From NCBI GenBank assembly GCA_965208575.1, contig CBDBOV010000006.1:800001-864000 (forward strand): 64,000 nucleotides of DNA, written 5' to 3'. Positions within the stretch are counted from its first letter, which is position 1. Each line of letters starts with the position of its first letter. Below are positions 10,338 to 19,358 of the stretch, in pieces. Below the pieces are notes generated by a model, which saw nothing but the letters and a program-made list of their open reading frames with translations, was not told the origin of the DNA and did no database searches. This stretch comes from Spirochaetia bacterium (GTDB taxonomy: Bacteria > Spirochaetota > Spirochaetia > SZUA-6 > Bin103). Position numbers and translations under genes: made by a program.

Positions 10338-11285
10338 ATGCAAGCCTACATCCTCAGGAGACTGCTGCTGATCGTGCCGACGATGCTGATCGTCAGCCTG
10401 ATCGTGTTCCTCTCGATGCGCCTCATCCCCGGGGACGTGCTCGATTACATGGTCTCCCTCAGGTACATGTCCGCGGGAGCCATGGAGGCTCTGCGCGAGC
10501 AGCTTGGCCTGAATCTGCCCGCTCACGTCCAGTACGGCCGCTGGATCTCCGGCGTCCTTCAGGGCGACTTCGGTGACACGCTGCTCACCAACCTCGCGGT
10601 CGAAGAGGTAATCATCGAGCGGCTGCCGAGGTCGCTGGAACTGGGTGCCCTATCGCTGGTGTTCGCGCTGGTGATAGCGTTGCCCGTGGGTATCTACTCC
10701 GGTCTGAAGCCGGAGTCTGCCGGTGACCAGATACTGCGCAGCGTCGCCATTGCTTTCATCTGCATTCCCAGCTTCTGGCTGGGGACGATGATTCTGGTTC
10801 TGCCGGCGGTCTGGTGGCGGTGGTCGCCGCCGATGTACTGGGTATCTTTCTGGGACAATCCGCTCGGCAATCTCGCCATGTTCATCATCCCCGCCATCGT
10901 TCTGGGAATGTGGCTGTCCGGGGTCACCATGCGCTTGACCCGGACGATGATGCTGGAGGTTATGCGGCAGGACTATATCCGCACCGCGTGGGCAAAGGGG
11001 CTCAGGGAGCGGATGGTCGTGTTACGGCACGCGCTGAAGAATGCGCTGAACCCGGTGCTTACCACGATCGGCCTGCAGTTGCCGGTCCTGATCGGCGGCG
11101 CGGTGGTGGTGGAGCACATATTCAACATACCCGGCATCGGCTCGCTGGTGGTAAGAACGCTGGAGCAACGCGACTATCCCCTGCTGGCGGGACTGAATAT
11201 GATGATGGCGGGATTCGTGTTGCTCGTGAACGTCATCGTCGACATCAGCTACGCCTGGCTCGACCCGCGGATCCAGTACAAGTGA
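10338..11285 (+). CDS. ABC permease, DppB/OppB-like
   Basis: YILRR...IPGD; EVMRQDYIRTAWAKGL; LDPRIQY. Confidence 0.95.
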   Translation: MQAYILRRLLLIVPTMLIVSLIVFLSMRLIPGDVLDYMVSLRYMSAGAMEALREQLGLNLPAHVQYGRWISGVLQGDFGDTLLTNLAVEEVIIERLPRSLELGALSLVFALVIALPVGIYSGLKPESAGDQILRSVAIAFICIPSFWLGTMILVLPAVWWRWSPPMYWVSFWDNPLGNLAMFIIPAIVLGMWLSGVTMRLTRTMMLEVMRQDYIRTAWAKGLRERMVVLRHALKNALNPVLTTIGLQLPVLIGGAVVVEHIFNIPGIGSLVVRTLEQRDYPLLAGLNMMMAGFVLLVNVIVDISYAWLDPRIQYK

Positions 11286-12235
11286 GCGGTTCGGCAGCTC
11301 CGAAGGCTGGTCCAAGAAAAGGGTCGCTTCGCGACCTGCTGCCGCGGCTGTTCCGGGAGAAGAAGCTTGGCGCCGTCGGGTTGATCATCGTACTGGTGTT
11401 CTTCCTGGTGGGCGTGTTTGCCGACCTGCTCGCCACCCACGACCTCAGAGACCAGAACCTCAGGCGCGCGCTCGAAGGACCATCGGCCGAGTTTCCGCTC
11501 GGCACCGACCAATTTGGCCGCGACCTGCTCACTCGCGTCATTCACGGGGCGCGCGTCTCCATGATCGTGGGAGTGGGAGCCGTCGCCATCGGCCTGGTCA
11601 TCGCGCTGTTCTTCGGCCTGTTGTCCGGTTACTGGGTCGGTACGTTCGACCTGGTCGTGCAGCGATTCGTCGATGCGTGGCTCACCTTCCCGTGGCTGTT
11701 CATCGTGCTGACCGTGATGTCGCTGCTGGGACAGGGAATGGTGCCGATGATCGTCGTCCTCGGCGCGTTCACGGGTATCGGCAACATCCGCACCGTACGG
11801 GGCGTGGTGCTGGGCACCAAGGAGCACCCGTACGTGGAGGCGGCGCGGGCGGTCGGCTGCCCCACCTGGAGGATCCTCCTCACCCACGTCCTGCCGCAGG
11901 TGTGGCCGCCGGTTATCGTGGTCTTTACCATTTCTCTGGGTGCGGTGATTCTGAGCGAGTCGACCATCAGCTTCCTCGGTTTCGGGATTCCGCCGCCGCA
12001 GCCGAGCTGGGGCGGCATGCTGAGCCTCGAAGGCCGGCGCTACATGGAGCGGGCGCCGCTGCTGGCGATCTGGCCCGGCCTGTCCCTCGCCATCGTCGTG
12101 TTCGGGATCAACATGTTCGGCGATGCGTTGCGAGACCTGCTCGATCCCCGCCTGTCGGGTGGCACCGGCCGCATCGGGGCGGCGAACGTGAAGCAGGCCG
12201 CAGAGGCCCCCGGCAAGCACGCGAACCGTAGGTGA
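11282..12235 (+). CDS. ABC permease, DppC/OppC-like
   Basis: 3' part of ORF 10814-12235; GTG overlaps the upstream stop (GTGA); LGTDQFGRD, YVEAARAVG, FGDALRDLLDPR. Confidence 0.93.
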   Translation: MSGSAAPKAGPRKGSLRDLLPRLFREKKLGAVGLIIVLVFFLVGVFADLLATHDLRDQNLRRALEGPSAEFPLGTDQFGRDLLTRVIHGARVSMIVGVGAVAIGLVIALFFGLLSGYWVGTFDLVVQRFVDAWLTFPWLFIVLTVMSLLGQGMVPMIVVLGAFTGIGNIRTVRGVVLGTKEHPYVEAARAVGCPTWRILLTHVLPQVWPPVIVVFTISLGAVILSESTISFLGFGIPPPQPSWGGMLSLEGRRYMERAPLLAIWPGLSLAIVVFGINMFGDALRDLLDPRLSGGTGRIGAANVKQAAEAPGKHANRR

Positions 12236-12278
12236 GCGGTAGTTACAGCGGGCGCAGCATCGGGTTACAGTGTACGCA

Positions 12279-13223
12279 ATGGGAGCCAGGATCAATCGCA
12301 CCATCGAGCTGCTGGAGGATGGGCAGCCGATCTACTATGTGGGTGGGCACACCGGCCTTGCCGGCACCTTTCACCGGCGTCCGAAGGGCACGCTTACCGC
12401 AAGCCACACCCCGGTCCTGACCTACGAACAGGGCCGGACCGACGCTTCGCACTGGGCCGACTACATCAACGTCGGCTTCGAGCACGGGGCGTTCAACGTG
12501 GCGGGGCTCGACGACTACCTGCACGGCATGGTGGACGCGGGGCCGACACGCAGCGGCCACCGCACGCCGACCATCATCGTGGAGGCGCCGGTCAACGGCA
12601 TCTCGCGCGCGGTGGTGGAGGCCAACGCGTGGCAGTGCCAGCAGCTCCTCGCGCGCGGCGTGCACGGCATCATCCTGTGCAAGGCCAACACGCCGGACGC
12701 GGTGGCGGCGTTCGTGGAGGCGTGCCGCTACCCGATCAACCGTCTCGGCGTCGGCACCGGCCTCGGCACCGGCATGCGCGGCATCGCCTCGGAGGACAGC
12801 GCCGGCCACGTGTGGGGCCTGGACGCGAACGCCTACATCGAGAAGGCCGATCCGTGGCCGCTGAATCCCGACGGCGAGCTGTTCCTGGGGATCAAGATCG
12901 AGTCCAAGGCGGCGCTGCCCTACGTCGAGGAGATCATGCAGGTGCCGGGCGTCGGGTTCGCGGAGGTGGGCCCCGGCGACATGGCGCTGACGCTCGGAAT
13001 CCGCTCGCTGTCCGATCCGTGGCCGCAGGAGATGGTGGAGATCGAACAGCGCGTCAAGGCGGCGTGTGAGGCGAGCGGGGTATACTTCCACCCGTTTACC
13101 GGGTATGCCGCGCCGGCCGACTTTCCCGCGTTGATCGACGCCGGGGCGCTGGTGATCACCGCCCCCGATGAAGAGATAGCCCGCGTCGGGCGCGCCCACT
13201 CGGGGCGCACGATGCCGGTATAG
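12279..13223 (+). CDS. HpcH/HpaI aldolase/citrate-lyase family protein
   Basis: FEHGAF, LLARGVHGIILC, IKIES, EVGPGDMAL motifs. Start probably ATG 12279 (leaderless). Confidence 0.75.
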   Translation: MGARINRTIELLEDGQPIYYVGGHTGLAGTFHRRPKGTLTASHTPVLTYEQGRTDASHWADYINVGFEHGAFNVAGLDDYLHGMVDAGPTRSGHRTPTIIVEAPVNGISRAVVEANAWQCQQLLARGVHGIILCKANTPDAVAAFVEACRYPINRLGVGTGLGTGMRGIASEDSAGHVWGLDANAYIEKADPWPLNPDGELFLGIKIESKAALPYVEEIMQVPGVGFAEVGPGDMALTLGIRSLSDPWPQEMVEIEQRVKAACEASGVYFHPFTGYAAPADFPALIDAGALVITAPDEEIARVGRAHSGRTMPV

Positions 13224-13251
13224 GGTACAGTCCGAAAGAGGAGGAGAAAAC

Positions 13252-13677
13252 ATGTCCAGTTCCGGAGTCAAGTTCCATCACATTCACCTGATCAGCGAGG
13301 ATCCGCACGCCGCGGCCCGCTTTTACGAGAACATCCTCGGCGGCGCCATCACCGGCGAAGCCGACGTGATGGGGGCGCCGCAGGTCACCGTGGATCTCGG
13401 CGGCATGCTGCTGCTGATCCGCGGCCGCCGGCCGGGCGAGGCGCCGACGGGAAACAGCCAGCCGATGCAGCAGTTCGAGGGCTTCGTGAGCCACAACGGG
13501 TGGGGCACCGACCACTTCGGCTACGCGTACGAGGGCGACCTGCTGGCATTCTGCGAGGAGATCCGCGCCAAGGGCGCCACCTTCGCCGCCGAACCGTGGG
13601 AATTCGCCCCCGGTCACCCGATCTGCTTCCTGCAGGCCCCCGACAACGTCACCATCGAGCTGATGCAGACGCAGTAG
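13252..13677 (+). CDS. VOC/glyoxalase family protein
   Basis: FHHIHL...AARFYENILG...DHFG...FLQAPDNVTIEL; SD GAGGAG. Confidence 0.88.
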   Translation: MSSSGVKFHHIHLISEDPHAAARFYENILGGAITGEADVMGAPQVTVDLGGMLLLIRGRRPGEAPTGNSQPMQQFEGFVSHNGWGTDHFGYAYEGDLLAFCEEIRAKGATFAAEPWEFAPGHPICFLQAPDNVTIELMQTQ

Positions 13678-13767
13678 CGCCCCGAACCCGCCGCCTGCGG
13701 CGACGCTTCCGGCCCAACCGGCCTACCGCCGGTCCTCCGGCGGGGGCCGGCCGCGGAGGTGGCACGG

Positions 13768-15528
13768 TCACCGCTGCACGGCGTCGGAGTACACCATCTC
13801 CCAGCCGTGGAACACCACGATCAGGCCGATGAAGCGCACCCCCGGATACTGCCGCGCCAACCGCTCGTCCGCCAGGTAGCGCAGGAGTTGCGCCCGCGCC
13901 TCCTCGGCCGCCGTCGTCACCGCGGCCTGATCCGCGGACTCGGAACGCGCGCGATACTTGAGTTCGATCAGGTAGCCGCGCTGCAGGTGTGGATAGCGAG
14001 CCACCAGCGGTTCCAGCGCGATGTCGGCGTGCCCCTTGCCCAGCTCCACCTCGGAGCGGAACACGTAGTAGTCCGCCACGCTCAGGTAGGCGGCCAGGAA
14101 CCCCTGTATTACCTTCTCGCCGCCGATGTAGTCGCGGATCCCGGTCTGCCGCGCGACCGCCTCGCTCAGGAACTCCAGCACCGGCCGCCACTCGCCCTCG
14201 GTGGCCATCCGCAACATCAACTGCTCGAACCGGAACAGGTTGATCGAAAACACCTCCACGTCGCGGTAAGCGTCGCGCAGGAAGCCGTACATCAGCCGCT
14301 TCACGGTCTGGTTCGGAATCGCCAGCCGCGGCATCATGCCCTGCACGTCGCGGATGCTCAGCAGCCCGAAGTAGTGCATCAAGGACAGGAAGTTCTCCGG
14401 CTCGGAGAGCTCCGCCAGCGGAAAGCCGGGCGTGATGCGGGTGTCCACCTGCTCCTCGCCGATGACGTCGCGCAGCAGGTCGAAGTTGCCGTTCAGTTGC
14501 CGGCCGGTCACCAGCAGGTGGCGCAGCTTGCCGTAGTCGATGCGCACGTTGGTGTCGATCAGGTACTCCGGCACGTCACGGTTGGGCATGGAGTGCTTCA
14601 GGTAATAGAGCACCATGTCGGAGTTGTACAGATCGGTGTCGGCGGTCGTGGCGAACCGGTAGCCATTGTACCACTGGCCCATGATGCCCATGGCGGTAGC
14701 GACCTCCTGGTTGAACACGCCCAAGTCCCGATAGGTCTCGACCAATTGTCGCACCTCCGGCTCGGTGAAGCCGACCATCTCGTTGAAGTCCGGTTCCAGG
14801 CTGATGTTGGTGCCGATGTTGAAGCCGCTGGTCACGTCGTCCATGGTGACCGGCGACACGCCGGTGATGAACAGGCGCTCCAGGCCGCCGCCGGTGCGCC
14901 CCGCCCCGGACTTCAGGGTGGCGAAGAAGTTGCGGTAGAAGCCGCCGCCGCCGTGGGTGAAGGAGTGGAACGCCTCCGCGCCGTGGTACGCGAGCACGGT
15001 GTTGGCGAAGTTGTCGTACTCGTCGATGATCACGTACAGTGGGATGTCGTGGTCGCCCGCGTAGCGGAACAGCTCTGCCAGCTTGCCGGCGATGGAGGGC
15101 GGCGCCAGGATGTCCCGCATCGCCGTTTCGGGAAACAGGTCGGGATGACGCCGCAGTGTCCCGCGGAGTTCTATCAGACAGTAGGTTTCGAACTCTCGCT
15201 CCAGGGTGTCGAGCGCGTCGTTGACGTTTGAAAAGTCGAAGCGCAGGGTGACGTAGCGGCTCTGTTCCCCGGTCGGATGCTGCCCGATGTCTGTGCCGGC
15301 GAAAGTGGCGTCGAAGCCGTCCGCCCAGAAGCGGTCGTAGTAGTTCTCCAAGACCGACGCCCAGAGGGACTTGCCGAACCGGCGTGGACGGATCAGGAAG
15401 GCGTAGCGCTCCTCCTCCAGGCGGCGCAGGAAGGGGGTCTTGTCGACATACAGCCACCGGTTCAGGCGGATACGCCTGAAGTCGGCCTCGCCGTAGGGAA
15501 TGCGCGGGTGCGTGGGTGGCGTGCTCAC
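13768..15528 (-). CDS. AAA-ATPase-like protein with C-terminal PD-(D/E)XK nuclease domain
   Basis: IPYGEADF, YVDKT, RPRRFGKS (Walker A), IIDEYD (Walker B), WYNGY, IPN, and C-terminal GHADI...LIELK. Confidence 0.9.
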   Translation of the reverse strand: MSTPPTHPRIPYGEADFRRIRLNRWLYVDKTPFLRRLEEERYAFLIRPRRFGKSLWASVLENYYDRFWADGFDATFAGTDIGQHPTGEQSRYVTLRFDFSNVNDALDTLEREFETYCLIELRGTLRRHPDLFPETAMRDILAPPSIAGKLAELFRYAGDHDIPLYVIIDEYDNFANTVLAYHGAEAFHSFTHGGGGFYRNFFATLKSGAGRTGGGLERLFITGVSPVTMDDVTSGFNIGTNISLEPDFNEMVGFTEPEVRQLVETYRDLGVFNQEVATAMGIMGQWYNGYRFATTADTDLYNSDMVLYYLKHSMPNRDVPEYLIDTNVRIDYGKLRHLLVTGRQLNGNFDLLRDVIGEEQVDTRITPGFPLAELSEPENFLSLMHYFGLLSIRDVQGMMPRLAIPNQTVKRLMYGFLRDAYRDVEVFSINLFRFEQLMLRMATEGEWRPVLEFLSEAVARQTGIRDYIGGEKVIQGFLAAYLSVADYYVFRSEVELGKGHADIALEPLVARYPHLQRGYLIELKYRARSESADQAAVTTAAEEARAQLLRYLADERLARQYPGVRFIGLIVVFHGWEMVYSDAVQR

Positions 15529-15772
15529 TACCGTACCGTACTGACTCTATCGCCTCCAAGGTGCGACGCGCAATCGAGCCGCCAAGGGCGGCACGGTCAC
15601 TCTGCGAAACGGACGACGACGGCCGGTCGGTTGCGTCCGCCGAGTCCGCGCGCGCTTGACACCTCCAGGCGCGCGTGAAACGATGACTACGTCAAGGATT
15701 GAACGGATGTGGATCATGAGTCATCACGACCGACTGCATAGTAACCGGTCGGCAGTGACGCAGCCGGCGCAT

Positions 15773-15793
15773 CCCCCCCCCCCCCCCCCCCCC
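15773..15793. repeat. C21 homopolymer (G21 on the minus strand)
   Basis: Counted directly; intergenic. Confidence 0.9.
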
Positions 15794-16212
15794 GGGTCGG
15801 GCGGACAACTACTTGAATCACAAGCAATAATCGCTCAGGCTGAGCGCTCTGCGGCCTTCGTCTTCAGCTTCCGCGTAGCGGCCCGCTACCTGTTGTGCCG
15901 CCTCAGTCCACGTTCGCTCACCGGCCGCGGCAACGGTCAGGGACCCCCGTCCGCTGAACCGCGGCATCTTTTCCCGTCGCGCTGCTCGAAATTCCTCAAA
16001 TGCGCGCTCCAACGCACTCGACCCGCCCTCCGGGCGCAGTGTCCGAGCCGCGTCCTGGTGGCGTGGATTCTCCACCGCCCGGCTACTCAAGGAACGCGTG
16101 GCCGAACATACCCCCATCTACGCCTCACCGCTTCTACGCAGGCTACGCTGCCTGACTCCGGGACCTCATGGGTCGCGAGCAAACACCCTGCCGGCGTTCC
16201 CGGCGCACGCGA

Positions 16213-16380
16213 GGTGCGAGTCATACTCAAAGAACCACTCCCGCGCGCGGCGTGAGCCCGGGTGAACCCGGTGAGTCACACGCCGCGCGCTTCAGGAAGT
16301 TGACTCTTATCTGGCTGGCCGCCTGCGTTGCGGGCGCGAGAGTAGCCACGGAGCGACAAGTCGCTCCCCAATACTCTCAA
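16213..16380 (+). ncRNA. Candidate structured 5' leader (copy B) of SBP gene
   Basis: Homologous to 1272-1428 (minus strand). Stems 16243-16254/16279-16290, CGCCTGC/GCGGGCG, GAGAGTA 16338-16344/TACTCTC 16372-16378, inner GGAGCGAC/GTCGCTCC. Confidence 0.55.
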
Positions 16381-16402
16381 CATTCCATCGAAGGAAGACA
16401 CG

Positions 16403-18208
16403 ATGAAGATATTCTTCACCCGGACTTTCGCGGTTGCGGTAGTCCTGGTGCTGACCGCAACCGGCCTCTGGGCCGCCGGCGCAGAAGAGGCGCCGGCAGC
16501 CGCCGCCGACAAGCAGTATGTGACCGACCCCACCACCGGCAAGGTGGTGTCCGCGCCAGAGTATGGCGGGACAATAACCTACGCGCTATCAACAGACCTT
16601 CCGGGACCTGACACCGTGCTCACTGGTGGAGCGGCGGCTCACTCCGCCGGTCCCGTTGTAGAGAAGCTGGGCGCCGCAGACTGGGCAGCTCCCAGGGACA
16701 TGTTCTCGTTCAACATCTATGAACTCAATATTCCTGCTAACACGAGAGGGGTGCTGGCGGAGAGCTGGTCGCAACCCGACCCACTGACGTATATCATCAA
16801 AGTCCGCCAGGGCGTTCACTGGCATGATAAGGCACCGATGAACGGCCGGGAGCTGACTGCCGAGGATGTCGAGTACAACTTTCATCGTATGGTGGGTATA
16901 GGTAGCGGTTTCACCGAGAAGAGCCCTATGGCTTATAGCTTCCGAGCTGGGGAATTCGACTCGATAACGGCCACCGACCAATCGACGGTTGTTTTTAGGA
17001 TGAACAAGCCCCGCCTCAGTGCGCTGGCTTCTATCCTCGACGACTGGTCTGCCTGGATATATCCCCCCGAGGTGATCAAGGAACACGGGGATGTTTCGGA
17101 TTGGAGAAACCTCGTCGGAACCGGACCCATGATGATGACTGGCTGGACCAAAGACAGCTCTCGCACCTATGAGAGGAATCCGGACTACTGGGGCTACGAC
17201 GAGAAATACCCCGAGAACCGCTTGCCCTACATTGACCGGCTGAGGGGCCTGGTTATGCCCGAAGTCGCAACACGAACGGCTGCACTGCGCTCGGGTCAGG
17301 TTGATTACGTAGGTGCGCTCGGCTTAACTTCATTGAGGAATCTCGACCAGGTAGAGAGCCTCCAGCGCACCAACCCCGAAATCCTGATATCGTCGTATAC
17401 GTTTCGGAATGATGGTGCTGTTGGGTTGAACGTTCAGCTAGAGCCCTTTGACGACATCAGAGTGCGCAAGGCCATGCAGATGGCAATAAACCTCGATGAA
17501 ATCAACAATTCCTACTTTGGAGGGTTTGGAGATACGACGCCTCAGGGGAAGGTAAGCAGGTCTTATACAGCGGCTGTCACCCAATTCGAAGATTGGCCCG
17601 AAGATGTCAAGAAGGTCTTTGACTACGACCCGGAAGGTGCCGAAGCGTTGCTTGATGAGGCCGGTTATCCTCGCGGCGCCGACGGTATCAGATTCAAGAC
17701 CAGGTTCTTGCATCTCGAGCGGTACGATTTGAACTATACGCAATTGATCACTTCATACTGGAACAAGATTGGCATCGATGTAGTAGACATTGCGGTAGAA
17801 CCATCACCTGCATTTGGCGCCAGAAGAACTGCCAAGGATTACGAACTGATCAATCACGAGTTGGCCAACTATGGGGATCCCATAAACCACATGACGCATT
17901 ATTCGAATCGGGAGAGCAACCCATACGGGGCGCATTCCAATGTCAACGACCCCGATTATGAGGCCATGCTTGAGGCTGCCGAAGCCGCTACCACTATTGA
18001 GGAGCAGCACAGGTTAGTTCGAGAGTTGAATCAATATGGGATTGAGAAGTTCTGGATGATATGGACTCCTAATGGTCCACAATTCAACGCGATCCAACCG
18101 TGGATCATAGGTTTCAACAACGAAAACTGGATGGGTAACGGTCAAGTCCTGGTAGTGTTCACCCGTCTGTGGATTGACCAGGATCTGAAGACGGAGATGG
18201 GTTATTAG
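16403..18208 (+). CDS. ABC transporter substrate-binding protein, family 5
   Basis: Signal ...TGLWAAGAEE; PEYGG, LAESWS, GVHWHDKAPMNGRE, LVGTGP, RNPDYW, VRKAMQ. Confidence 0.94.
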   Translation: MKIFFTRTFAVAVVLVLTATGLWAAGAEEAPAAAADKQYVTDPTTGKVVSAPEYGGTITYALSTDLPGPDTVLTGGAAAHSAGPVVEKLGAADWAAPRDMFSFNIYELNIPANTRGVLAESWSQPDPLTYIIKVRQGVHWHDKAPMNGRELTAEDVEYNFHRMVGIGSGFTEKSPMAYSFRAGEFDSITATDQSTVVFRMNKPRLSALASILDDWSAWIYPPEVIKEHGDVSDWRNLVGTGPMMMTGWTKDSSRTYERNPDYWGYDEKYPENRLPYIDRLRGLVMPEVATRTAALRSGQVDYVGALGLTSLRNLDQVESLQRTNPEILISSYTFRNDGAVGLNVQLEPFDDIRVRKAMQMAINLDEINNSYFGGFGDTTPQGKVSRSYTAAVTQFEDWPEDVKKVFDYDPEGAEALLDEAGYPRGADGIRFKTRFLHLERYDLNYTQLITSYWNKIGIDVVDIAVEPSPAFGARRTAKDYELINHELANYGDPINHMTHYSNRESNPYGAHSNVNDPDYEAMLEAAEAATTIEEQHRLVRELNQYGIEKFWMIWTPNGPQFNAIQPWIIGFNNENWMGNGQVLVVFTRLWIDQDLKTEMGY

Positions 18209-18238
18209 GGGGTTCGCCCTCCTGATTTCACTTAGAAT

Positions 18239-18297
18239 GGAGCTGGGAAAGCGCGCGCTTCCGAGCGGCTTCCGAGCGCCGCTCCCGGCTCCTTTTT
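18239..18297 (+). terminator. Hairpin with T5 tail between SBP and permease
   Basis: GGAGCTGGGA...TCCCGGCTCC followed by TTTTT. Confidence 0.55.
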
Positions 18298-18316
18298 CAT
18301 TGCGTAGGGTGTCCGC

Positions 18317-19279
18317 ATGAGAGCCTATATCATTAGGCGGTTGTTGCTGATCGTGCCGACGCTGTTCATTTTGAGCATCCTGGTCTTTCTCTCGGTACGC
18401 TTCATCCCCGGCGATGTCATCGACGTCCTGATCGGCAGGATGGCAACGTTCAATGTGCAATGGGACGTAGACCGTGAAGCTCTCGAGCGAATGCTGGGAT
18501 TGGACGTGCCTGTCTACGTGCAGTATGGACGCTGGATAGGAGGTATCATCCTGGACGGCAGCCTTGGCGAATCCCTGTTTACCAGAGACTCGGTGGAACA
18601 GGCGATATTGGAGAGACTGCCGGTCACCCTTGAGCTCGGTTTCATGGCAATCTTCATCGGGCTCGTGATCGCGCTGCCGGTGGGCATCTACTCGGCGATG
18701 CGCCAGGATACCGCAGCCGACTTCCTGGGGCGCTCGGTCGCCATCATCGGTCTGGCCACGCCGAACTTCTGGCTCGGCATCATGGTCATGATCTACCCGA
18801 CCATCTGGTGGGGCTGGGCGCCGCCGCTGGAGCTGGTTACTTTTCCAGAAGACCCGCTGGGCAATCTGGCGGTGTTCATCATTCCCAGCCTGATTCTGGG
18901 TACCGCCGCGGCTGCCGGCACCATGCGGATGACGCGCACCATGATGCTGGAGGTGCTGAGGCAGGATTATGTCAGGACGGCTTGGTCGAAGGGTCTGAAG
19001 GAGCGTGTGGTCGTCATGCGCCACGCGGTCAAGAACGCACTCATCCCGGTGGTGTCGCTGATCGGCCTGCAGTTGCCGATCCTGGTGGGGGGCGCCGTGA
19101 TCATGGAGAACATCTTCAACCTGCCGGGCCTCGGCCGTCTCTTGCTGAGTGCCCTCAATGAGCGAGACTATCCGATGGTCTCCGGAATCAACCTGTTTTT
19201 CGCCGCTGGGGTGGTGGTGATCAATCTGCTCATCGACGTGCTCTACGCGATCCTCGATCCCCGGGTCCGCTATGACTGA
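18317..19279 (+). CDS. ABC permease, DppB/OppB-like
   Basis: YIIRR...IPGD; EVLRQDYVRTAWSKGL; LDPRVRY. Confidence 0.95.
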   Translation: MRAYIIRRLLLIVPTLFILSILVFLSVRFIPGDVIDVLIGRMATFNVQWDVDREALERMLGLDVPVYVQYGRWIGGIILDGSLGESLFTRDSVEQAILERLPVTLELGFMAIFIGLVIALPVGIYSAMRQDTAADFLGRSVAIIGLATPNFWLGIMVMIYPTIWWGWAPPLELVTFPEDPLGNLAVFIIPSLILGTAAAAGTMRMTRTMMLEVLRQDYVRTAWSKGLKERVVVMRHAVKNALIPVVSLIGLQLPILVGGAVIMENIFNLPGLGRLLLSALNERDYPMVSGINLFFAAGVVVINLLIDVLYAILDPRVRYD

Positions 19280-19358
19280 GTTGTTTCACACGCTGGTCAA
19301 AGCGAAGCCGTGGAGCGTCATCGCCGGGCTGGTCGTCAATGCCCTGGGGGCGCTATGA
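19272..19358 (+). other. 28-codon mini-ORF; diverged duplicate of the downstream permease N-terminus
   Basis: MTELFHTLVKAKPWSVIAGLVVNALGAL* versus MTEFLTRLVKEKPLSIVAGVVIM; overlaps both neighbouring genes. Confidence 0.6.

Noticed and set aside
16285-16380. Glycine riboswitch call for the SBP leader
   Set aside because: Only scattered words match. The CCGAAG core is missing and copy A lacks UUCAGG, so it is kept as an unknown motif.
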